A stretch of DNA of 64,000 bases from Polyangiales bacterium (GTDB taxonomy: Bacteria > Myxococcota_A > Polyangia > Polyangiales > Houyiibacteriaceae): the NCBI GenBank assembly GCA_045106895.1, contig JBGCFM010000062.1, forward strand, positions 32,001 to 96,000, in the 5' to 3' direction. Every line of letters starts with the position of its first letter. Positions within the stretch are counted from its first letter, which is position 1. The notes under the pieces are model-generated. The model was not told the DNA's origin and made no database searches. It saw only the letters and a program-made list of their open reading frames with translations. Of this stretch, positions 18,353-26,050 are shown piece after piece. The position numbers were made by a program, and so were the translations under genes.

Positions 18353-20274
18353 GGCGACACCTCCGATGGCTGACCGAGGCCGATCGGCGCTCCGGATGAC
18401 ATGGACGACTCCGGGTCGGCGTCGTCGAGGGGACCGGTTCCAATGCGCCAGGCGCTCGGAACTCCACCCGAGATGGGTAGCTCTTGGGCGGGCATCTGCA
18501 CGGATACAAGCGTGGACGAGCTCTCCTCGGAGAAGAGCGCGATGGTTCCGTCGCTCCGGTCGAGGCGTGCAAAGAAGATTGGCGCCGTCGTCCCGGCCAC
18601 GGCCACCAGTCGAAACTGTCCGCCAACAATATCCTCGTGTTCTTCGTCGAAGCCCAGGCTTCGCGCGAGGCCCTCCTCACCGCCCGCGCTCAAGAAGTAG
18701 CTCGGAGTCCGCGGGATCATGGCCGTCTGACCTGGAGCGACATCGCCGATCTCAAACACGCGCCCGCCGTTGCCAACGATGAGACTACCCAAAAGAGGCT
18801 CCTCGCCGCGATTCGTGACGCTTTGAAGCTCTCCATCCTGAAGAGCCAGGTCGACCACGCCGAAGGGGACCACCTCTTCTTCGCGCACAAGCGTCGTCGA
18901 CCAAAGGCTGGACCGTATGCCAGCCAAGGTCTCGTCCCCGGACGGCCCAATGTCGTGGGTGAGCGTCACGCTGGAGTTCCCCGCGAAACGCGTGATGCCA
19001 CTGGATTCGAGGTCAAAGGTCGCCGGACGTGTGGAGTAGAGTCCGTGGTAGGTGCGCCGCATGCCGTGAGACTCGCCGGCGAGGGACTCCACCCAGGTGA
19101 TGCTTCGATGCCGCATCGTCACCCCCTTTCCAATGAAGCCCACGAGGAGCATCAGGACGAGACAGCCGAAGGAGAGAATCGGCGTCGTGATGAGGGCCAA
19201 CGTCGGTTTGCCGCGCTTCTGCACGTAGCGGAAGTTCAGGGGTCCGACGGCGAGCACGTAGATGAGCAAGAGCACGGCCACGAGCCCGAGAGCGGGACGA
19301 AAGCTCGCGTTCGGATCGAGGGCCGCGCGAAGTTCGCGAAACGAGTGCCGCGACTGCCAGTTGTTCGAAGACTCTGCGCCGTAGAGCGGAAGCTGCGGCG
19401 TCACCGTTGGCACGCGCATCACGATTCTTCGCAGGAGGCCTTTGACCCGCTCCGAGCCCACTGAAGAAGGCGCGTTGATGTCCTTGGTGCAGAGCCAGAC
19501 GTAGCCAAAGCCGACCGCTCGGCCGCCGCCAAAATACTCGGGCTGCCAAAGCGCCTCCGTGGAAGTGAGCTCCTCGCCGGACACCCGCACATCCCCGGCG
19601 AGCCTCTGCACGGAAGCCGCCCGCACTTCCTCCGGCGTGCTCGGCGAGATGAGGAGCCGCCCACCCGAGAAGACGTGCTGCCGAAGGGCCTCCAACTGGG
19701 TCTCGTCGAGGCGTTCAAGCTCCCGAACCGTCGCTACAACGAGCGCAACGCCGCGCCACCCTTGAACCCGCCGTGGAACGATGGGGTCCCCGGCTGCGTC
19801 AAAGTCGATGGTGCCCGTCGTGTAGTCAAACGCTTGCCCGCCGTAAGGCTCGTCTCGTGTACCCGTCAGCCCGCTCGTGCTCGCTTGAAGGCGGGGCGGG
19901 TCGGCGAGGATGACGATGCTGTCTGCGTTCCCCCCCTGCCAGTTCTCGGCCTCGCCGATAACCCGCTCGCCCTCGCGCAGGCGCGCTTTCAGAAACCCAT
20001 TCGTGAAACCCGTCTCGAACTGAAACGTCCGGCGGTCGCGAGGTGGCACGTCGGCCCCAATGCGAAAACGCTGCCCACCTGAGGTCTCGTCCACGGAGAG
20101 TTCCAGAGTCCCCCGAATCTCTCGGGATGAACGGTTGATCACATCCACCAACGCGAACGCGCTTCCCTCGATGTTGAAGCCGTTGCGGACGCTGAGCTCG
20201 ACGCCCTGGGCCGACACGAACGATGGGACCAAAGCCACGGCGCAAAAAAGCAGCGCCTGTGTCAATCGCTTCAT
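18349..20274 (-). CDS. Exported protein with two internal TM helices (MoxR-operon accessory)
   Basis: Signal peptide MKRLTQALLFCAVALVPSFVSAQ; IYVLAVGPLNF TM hairpin; coupled by 4-nt overlaps on both sides. Confidence 0.8.
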   Translation of the reverse strand: MKRLTQALLFCAVALVPSFVSAQGVELSVRNGFNIEGSAFALVDVINRSSREIRGTLELSVDETSGGQRFRIGADVPPRDRRTFQFETGFTNGFLKARLREGERVIGEAENWQGGNADSIVILADPPRLQASTSGLTGTRDEPYGGQAFDYTTGTIDFDAAGDPIVPRRVQGWRGVALVVATVRELERLDETQLEALRQHVFSGGRLLISPSTPEEVRAASVQRLAGDVRVSGEELTSTEALWQPEYFGGGRAVGFGYVWLCTKDINAPSSVGSERVKGLLRRIVMRVPTVTPQLPLYGAESSNNWQSRHSFRELRAALDPNASFRPALGLVAVLLLIYVLAVGPLNFRYVQKRGKPTLALITTPILSFGCLVLMLLVGFIGKGVTMRHRSITWVESLAGESHGMRRTYHGLYSTRPATFDLESSGITRFAGNSSVTLTHDIGPSGDETLAGIRSSLWSTTLVREEEVVPFGVVDLALQDGELQSVTNRGEEPLLGSLIVGNGGRVFEIGDVAPGQTAMIPRTPSYFLSAGGEEGLARSLGFDEEHEDIVGGQFRLVAVAGTTAPIFFARLDRSDGTIALFSEESSSTLVSVQMPAQELPISGGVPSAWRIGTGPLDDADPESSMSSGAPIGLGQPSEVSP

Positions 20275-21278
20275 CCGAGTGCCCTCACCCCTTCGGAGCC
20301 GCGCGGAACCTCCGCGGCGATGGCGTCGAGAATACTGTCCGGCTCTACGCCTTCGGCTTCGGCCTCGAAGCTCGGGATAAGGCGATGGCGCAGAGTCGGG
20401 TGAAGGACTCGCGTAATGTCGTCGTACGACACGTGAGCTCGACCTTCGCTCAGAGCCGCGACCTTCGCGCTCAAGAGAAGTCCCTGGGCGCCGCGAACGC
20501 CGGGTCCATAGCGAAGCCACTTCTTGGCGCTGGCGCTGGCGCTGGCGTCCGCCGGGTCGGCGGCACCGATCAGCCGCGCAACGTAACGCACGATAGGCTC
20601 AGCGCAGCGCACCTGACGAACCAGCGCTCTTGCCGCGAGGATCGTGGGACCGTCCATGACCTTTGGCACTTCGTTCTTCTCCGTCCCGGTTGTGCGCTCC
20701 AAGATAGAGACAAGCGTGTTCTCGTCGGGCGAAGGGACGAGCACTTTGAAGAGGAAGCGGTCGAGCTGCGCTTCGGGTAGAGGATAGGTGCCCTCCATCT
20801 CGATGGGGTTTTCCGTCGCGAGGACAAAGAACGGCTGGTCGAGGGCGTGGTGTTCCCCGGCGATGGTCACACTTCCTTCACCCATCGCTTCGAGCAAAGC
20901 CGACTGCGTCTTTGGTGTCGCGCGGTTTACTTCATCGGCCAAGACGATTTGGCCAAAGATAGGCCCGCGCTGAAGCTCGAAGCGTTTTCTCCCCGCATCC
21001 TCGACGACCATCTGCGTCCCGACGATGTCGCTAGGCATGAGGTCCGGCGTGAACTGGATGCGCGAAAAATCGAGGGAGAGGGCCTGCCCCAACGAACGAA
21101 CAAGGAGCGTTTTGCCCAAGCCCGGTGCTCCCTCGAGGAGCACGTGGCCGCCCGCGAAGAGACAGAAGAGCACCTCTTCGACAACCTTCTCTTGGCCCAC
21201 GATGGCCTTCGAGATCGCGTCCTTCAGGGCCGACAAAGTGTGGCCGAAGCCCTCGATATTCGATTCGCTCGTCGTCAT
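20271..21278 (-). CDS. moxR: MoxR family AAA+ ATPase
   Basis: GHVLLEGAPGLGKT, RIQFTPDLMPSD, LADEVNRATPKTQSALLEAM, EGTYPLPEAQLDRF. Confidence 0.96.
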   Translation of the reverse strand: MTTSESNIEGFGHTLSALKDAISKAIVGQEKVVEEVLFCLFAGGHVLLEGAPGLGKTLLVRSLGQALSLDFSRIQFTPDLMPSDIVGTQMVVEDAGRKRFELQRGPIFGQIVLADEVNRATPKTQSALLEAMGEGSVTIAGEHHALDQPFFVLATENPIEMEGTYPLPEAQLDRFLFKVLVPSPDENTLVSILERTTGTEKNEVPKVMDGPTILAARALVRQVRCAEPIVRYVARLIGAADPADASASASAKKWLRYGPGVRGAQGLLLSAKVAALSEGRAHVSYDDITRVLHPTLRHRLIPSFEAEAEGVEPDSILDAIAAEVPRGSEGVRALG

Positions 21279-23071
21279 TCTCTTCTCTCTCGTTCGCCGT
21301 GAAAGTACGTGCGTACATGATCTTCGTAGTCGGCCGGAACACGTGAGCGGCCGATGCCGCCTCCCTCGGAAGGTCCAACGGAGCCACCGCCACCGCCACC
21401 TCCGCCGGCGCCCTGGTCCGTCGGTGTGCCTGGGTTGCCCCACTCGATCCATGAGCGTGATGGTGATCCGGCGACCACGCGTGGGCGGACGCGCGCGAGA
21501 GGTCCCTCGCCGCCTCCAAGGGTCTGCGTGCTGCCGCCCGCGTTGCCTTGTCCGCCACCGCCGCCTTGACCACCAGCTCCGGAGCCACCGCCGCCGCCTT
21601 GACCTGCGCCTTGCCCTGCGCCTTGCCCGCCGCCCTGACCGCCCTGCCCTGCGCCCTGACCACCACCTTGTCCGCCGCCCTGCCCACGGCGCGGCACTGG
21701 TATCGTTCCGCCACCGCCTTGGCCGCTCTCGCCGGCGCCACGTTGAAGCTCATCCAAGTGCTCGAGTGATTCTCGGAGCATCCGCTCGTATTCGTCGGCG
21801 CTGAGCGTCTCCGTTCCGGATTCATTTTCTTCCGCGGCGTGACGATTCTCCGCAGCCTGCTGCTGGCGCATCGCTTCGGCCAACTGGCGTCGCTCTTCCG
21901 GCGATAGGCGCGACCACGCTTCCTCCATCGCATCCACCGTCGCTTCATCGAGGTCCGACGCATCCCCGTCGCGCGAGAGACGTTCGAGCTGACGCCCCAG
22001 CTCCCCCTCCATCAACTCGGGCATCGCTTCAGCGAGGCGTCTCGCGAGCGCAGCCTGTTCTTCACGCTGGTCGAGGAGGTTCCGTCGGCGCAGCAAGGAC
22101 TCCGCCAGCTCTTCGTCGCCTGCATCTTGCGCAGCCTCGGCGGCTCGCTCGAGCGCTTGTCGCGCGCGCTCCCGGTCCGCCTCTTCGCGCCTCGCCGCCG
22201 CACGGGTGACCTCCCGATCAAGGTTCTCCAAGTTTCGCTCGCCAAGGGCTTCCGCCATCTCCGGCTCATCCTCAGCCAGCTCCCGAACCGCTTCGTCCAG
22301 AGCCTCCGACTCCGTGCTCTGCGACTGCCGCTCCACACGCTCCAGTTGCTCACGAATCGAGTCCATCGAATCGAGCGCTTCGCGTGGGTCCACGCCTTCG
22401 GCGAGGGCACGCTGAAGCTCCGCGGCCTCCGCGCGAGCCTCCGCCAGCAGCCGACGTGATTCTTCATCCGGCGCCAGCTCTTCCAGTCGTTCGATTCGCT
22501 CAAGGAGCGATGCGTCCTCGATACGAAGTGTGCCTGGTCCCGCCATCGCAACGACCGGGGGTACAGGCACAAACCAGAGCGCAGCGAGCGTTGCCAAAGC
22601 CAGAGGAAACGTCCTTGCCACGACGGGGACGAGCGCTGGGCGTGTCGGCGCGTTTGACTCTCGCAGGAGGTCGAGGGCCTGGTGGACCGTGTGTGAATCG
22701 AAGGGCTGGACCGTTCCACGATGGACGGCGTCCCAAGCGCTCAGGATCGTCTCCTGCGCGCCCAAGCGAGTATCGATGTACGCCACGACGTCCTGCTCCG
22801 TGAGCGAAGTCCGGCGAAGAAGATAGATGCCGATGGTGACGACGACGAGCACGATCAAGATCGGCCAACGCGGGAGGGCAGGCAACGCCATGCCGAGCCA
22901 GAGCCCCACGCAGCCCACGTAGAGCCCAGAGTGGGCGAGAGCCGCGATGCCGTTTCGAAAGACGAACGCGTTGCGGATTCCACGTCCACGGCGGCGAAGC
23001 GCCACAAGCAGGTCTTCGTGTGCAGGCTCGCGCGCCGCGCTTGCGTCTGGGCTGTGGGTTGGCGAGGTCAA
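21275..23071 (-). CDS. Membrane-anchored coiled-coil protein with Gly/Gln-rich tail
   Basis: Three N-terminal TM helices, long E/A/R heptad-rich region, GGQG repeats, C-terminal VPADYEDHVRTYF. Confidence 0.8.
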   Translation of the reverse strand: MTSPTHSPDASAAREPAHEDLLVALRRRGRGIRNAFVFRNGIAALAHSGLYVGCVGLWLGMALPALPRWPILIVLVVVTIGIYLLRRTSLTEQDVVAYIDTRLGAQETILSAWDAVHRGTVQPFDSHTVHQALDLLRESNAPTRPALVPVVARTFPLALATLAALWFVPVPPVVAMAGPGTLRIEDASLLERIERLEELAPDEESRRLLAEARAEAAELQRALAEGVDPREALDSMDSIREQLERVERQSQSTESEALDEAVRELAEDEPEMAEALGERNLENLDREVTRAAARREEADRERARQALERAAEAAQDAGDEELAESLLRRRNLLDQREEQAALARRLAEAMPELMEGELGRQLERLSRDGDASDLDEATVDAMEEAWSRLSPEERRQLAEAMRQQQAAENRHAAEENESGTETLSADEYERMLRESLEHLDELQRGAGESGQGGGGTIPVPRRGQGGGQGGGQGAGQGGQGGGQGAGQGAGQGGGGGSGAGGQGGGGGQGNAGGSTQTLGGGEGPLARVRPRVVAGSPSRSWIEWGNPGTPTDQGAGGGGGGGGSVGPSEGGGIGRSRVPADYEDHVRTYFHGERERRE

Positions 23072-23140
23072 TCAGGTCTCGGAAGCGTGTGCGCCGGGTC
23101 AACGCACCCGGAGTTTGAAGGTGAGACGCCTGCAGCGGCG

Positions 23141-23163
23141 AGGAAACTTCCGAAAAGTTTCCT
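23141..23163. promoter_or_regulatory. Perfect 9-bp inverted repeat upstream of the MoxR operon
   Basis: AGGAAACTT-CCGAA-AAGTTTCCT about 70 nt upstream of the first gene's start. Confidence 0.45.
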
Positions 23164-23229
23164 AAAAGAACGTGACCATACCTTCCCGTTTGAGTCACGG
23201 ACCAGCAGATCCCGCGCCCAGAGACCTGT

Positions 23230-23676
23230 CTACTGAGGGGGAGCGCCGCCGAGGGCACGGACGTAGGCCACGAGTCCCTGAAGGCTTTCGCCCTGAATCT
23301 GGTCACCAAAGGCGGGCATAGGCGGTCGGCCGATGCGAATCACCTGGGCGATCTCTTCGTTGCTTCGACTCTGTTGCCACTCCGCGCTGCGGAAATCAGG
23401 CATCGCCGACGGTGCTTCGGGTCCATCTCCGGCACCTTGAGCGCCGTGGCAGCTCGCGCAGGAGACCCGATACAGAGCGGCGATAGCACGAGCCCTCGCC
23501 ACCTCAGGAGACTGCGCTTGTGTTCGTGGAGAGCGGTCCGGGTTGACCTGGTTGGCGCGGGGCGCCGAATGTGCGTGGTCGCTCGCGCTCCAGGGGCGGG
23601 TAGGCGCCTCCGGACCGCAGCCGGCGATGAACAACGCCAAAAGCCCAACGCAGGTTCCTATGGCTTGGCTTCGCAC
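23230..23676 (-). CDS. Monoheme cytochrome c lipoprotein
   Basis: Lipobox IAGC, CASCH heme motif, distal MPAF Met. Confidence 0.9.
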   Translation of the reverse strand: MRSQAIGTCVGLLALFIAGCGPEAPTRPWSASDHAHSAPRANQVNPDRSPRTQAQSPEVARARAIAALYRVSCASCHGAQGAGDGPEAPSAMPDFRSAEWQQSRSNEEIAQVIRIGRPPMPAFGDQIQGESLQGLVAYVRALGGAPPQ

Positions 23677-23748
23677 GCACCGATCCTGGCCGCCTGGGAC
23701 GGGGGAATCAACCCGAAGGATGCGAAAACACCGTTCGGAGACGACGGG

Positions 23749-24243
23749 CTAGCGCGACGGAGGCGTAGACAAGTTCGTCGCGTCCTCGACGCGCAAGATT
23801 TGCCACTCTACGAGGTCCGTACGCGTCCCAATACTCCGCGTCCCGTCCCAGGAGAAAAGCAACGAGTTGACGGGCACGCGCACGGGAACAAGCCGGCGGG
23901 CGACGTGCTGGACGAGGGCCTCACTGAGCCAGTCGGGTCCACCGCGCGGAATCACAAAGGACTCGATCGCCGCGGGTGCATCGTCGGTCAGCGCGTGCAC
24001 ATGAATCTCCGCGTCCCCGTCCACAGGCACCACCACATGAAGCACCGTCAGCGCCCGGCCGTGGGCTTCGCGTTGCGCGTCACGAACCGCGCTCATCACC
24101 GCATCGCGGTCGACGGAGGGGTCGTGCGATTCAAGCACCAACTCCACGCGAACAAGCAGCTCTTGCTCTTCCTGAGCCGCGGCGCGGCTCGACGTGAAGG
24201 CGCTCGCGATGAGCGTCGCGACGATGAGCGCTTTAGCCCCCAA
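23749..24243 (-). CDS. Hypothetical secreted protein
   Basis: TTG start overlapping moaA end, signal peptide LGAKALIVATLIASAFTSSRAAAQ. Confidence 0.55.
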   Translation of the reverse strand: MGAKALIVATLIASAFTSSRAAAQEEQELLVRVELVLESHDPSVDRDAVMSAVRDAQREAHGRALTVLHVVVPVDGDAEIHVHALTDDAPAAIESFVIPRGGPDWLSEALVQHVARRLVPVRVPVNSLLFSWDGTRSIGTRTDLVEWQILRVEDATNLSTPPSR

Positions 24244-25258
24244 TGAGCGACATCCCGACGTTCTCGTGCTCTCGCTCGAGGACGTCATTGAACGCATGCC
24301 CGAGCTTCTTTGCCCCGAGCGCTTGATGTAAAGCCCACCCCACGTCTGCATCGTTTCCTCCCGACCTCAACACATCTCGAAGTGAGACAGCTTTGCGATC
24401 CGCAAGGCACGCACGAATATCACCGCGTGCGTTGATGCGAAGGCGATTGCAATCGTCACAGAAGTTGTGGCTAAAAGGGGAGATAAAACCGACTTTGCCG
24501 CGCGAAGCGTCCACGTAGCGCGCTGGACCGTGCGCCTTTCCCCCCACGCTGCCTTCCGAAGCGCGCAAACCGAGGGCGGCCATGACTTCGCCCGTGCCGA
24601 CGCGGCGCTCCTCGACTTTCTTCCCTTCGCCCAGAGGCATCAGCTCGATAAAGCGCGGCACGGCACCGAGGGACCAGGCGTACTCCACCAGCTTCGCCCA
24701 CTCATCTTCGTTGACCCCACGCATCGGTACGATGTTGAGTTTGACGGTGAGTCCCGCCGCCGCGGCCGCTTCGATCCCGCCACGTACCTTCTTGAGGTCG
24801 CCTCCACGAGTAATACGGGTGAAGCGCTCTTCGTCGAGGGAATCGATGCTGATGTTGATGCTCTCCACGCCCGCTGCTTTGAGGCGAGGAACGTGCCGCT
24901 CAAGCTGACCGGCGTTCGTGGTGAGCGCCAAAGACAGCTGCGGAAAAGCTGATGCGATCTGCTCGACGAGCCGAATGAACCCTCGGCGCACAAAGGGCTC
25001 TCCGCCGGTGAAACGCAATCGCCGGATGCCAAGCACCTCAAAGATGCCAACGAGCCGCTCGACCTCCTCAAAGGTGAGTAGGTCCGCGCGGCGCTCGTGC
25101 TGCTCTTCCCCGCCCGCCGGCATGCAGTACTCGCATCGAAAGTCGCATCGGTCGGTGACGCTTAGACGAAGGTAGGAATAGCGACGGCCCTCTTGGTCGG
25201 CGAGGGACTTGAGGTTGAATCCGGCTGGACGCTCCAGAAACGGGACATACTCCGCCAT
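24233..25258 (-). CDS. moaA: GTP 3',8-cyclase MoaA
   Basis: YLRLSVTDRCDFRCEYC radical SAM motif, FTGGEP, FCDDCNRLR...C, C-terminal MSLIGG. Confidence 0.97.
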   Translation of the reverse strand: MAEYVPFLERPAGFNLKSLADQEGRRYSYLRLSVTDRCDFRCEYCMPAGGEEQHERRADLLTFEEVERLVGIFEVLGIRRLRFTGGEPFVRRGFIRLVEQIASAFPQLSLALTTNAGQLERHVPRLKAAGVESINISIDSLDEERFTRITRGGDLKKVRGGIEAAAAAGLTVKLNIVPMRGVNEDEWAKLVEYAWSLGAVPRFIELMPLGEGKKVEERRVGTGEVMAALGLRASEGSVGGKAHGPARYVDASRGKVGFISPFSHNFCDDCNRLRINARGDIRACLADRKAVSLRDVLRSGGNDADVGWALHQALGAKKLGHAFNDVLEREHENVGMSLIGG

Positions 25259-25506
25259 GCGATCGACCCCAGCGGAGTCATTTTGCAAAAGAGGCAGGTG
25301 TCGAGGTCGACGCACTCTCCGATGATGCACCGCCAACGCTCGGCTGCAAGGCCCGCTTCAGAGCCCCCTTATCAAGTGACGGAGTAAACACACAGTGCCA
25401 GCGCAAAAAAAGTCCGCGACAGGATACCGTCCGAAGGAATTTTCAACAGTCACCGGCGTAGGCCATGACATCACGCCGGAAGACCCGGCTATTCAAGGAG
25501 CAAAGA

Positions 25507-25938
25507 ATGAACCCAGGTTCAATGGAAGCAAAAATGGCTTGGGCGTTCGCGCTAGGCGGTGGTGTCCTCGGCGGCGTAGTCAGCATGTTCGCAGGTGGCT
25601 GGATTGGCATCGGCCTTCTGACGGCTGGCGCGTTCCTCGGCACGTTCATGACCAAGGCGGGCAAAGGCGCCGGAATCGGTGCCGGACTTGTCGGCACGGT
25701 GCTGTACGCAATCATCCTCGCCGTAGGCATCATGATGGCCGCGAACTCGGCGGCCGACGAAATGGCCGCTGAAATGGCAGCGAACGGTCAGGGCGGCGGC
25801 GAACTCGCGACGGCCGCTGTGGGCGGACTTGGACTCATCGGCGCCATCCTCGGCTCTGCTGTGATGTTCATCGTCGGCGCCATCGCAGCCATCGGCGGCG
25901 CCATCGCTGGCGCGACGGCCCGACCCAAGACGGCCTAA
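25507..25938 (+). CDS. Gly/Ala-rich small membrane protein
   Basis: AAGGAG RBS at 25495-25500; about four GxxxG-rich hydrophobic helices. Confidence 0.8.
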   Translation: MNPGSMEAKMAWAFALGGGVLGGVVSMFAGGWIGIGLLTAGAFLGTFMTKAGKGAGIGAGLVGTVLYAIILAVGIMMAANSAADEMAAEMAANGQGGGELATAAVGGLGLIGAILGSAVMFIVGAIAAIGGAIAGATARPKTA

Positions 25939-25957
25939 CTCGATCCCAATCGGAACT

Positions 25958-25992
25958 GAGCCTGGAGCGGCATTCGCTCCAGGCTCTTTTTT
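25958..25992 (+). terminator. Rho-independent terminator
   Basis: GAGCCTGGAGCG-GCATT-CGCTCCAGGCTC followed by TTTTTT. Confidence 0.9.
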
Positions 25993-26050
25993 GTTTGGTC
26001 CTCCCCCCCCCAAAACGGTGTGATGCGCTAACCTCTCGCTCAAGAAGCGG

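Noticed and set aside
23073..23228. Cobalamin riboswitch (GGGAAG and GAGACCTG present on the minus strand)
   Set aside because: Core GCxACTG/CCACTG elements are missing and the spacing is wrong; kept only as a generic structured element.
25259..25440. Moco riboswitch upstream of moaA
   Set aside because: No recognisable Moco motif consensus seen.
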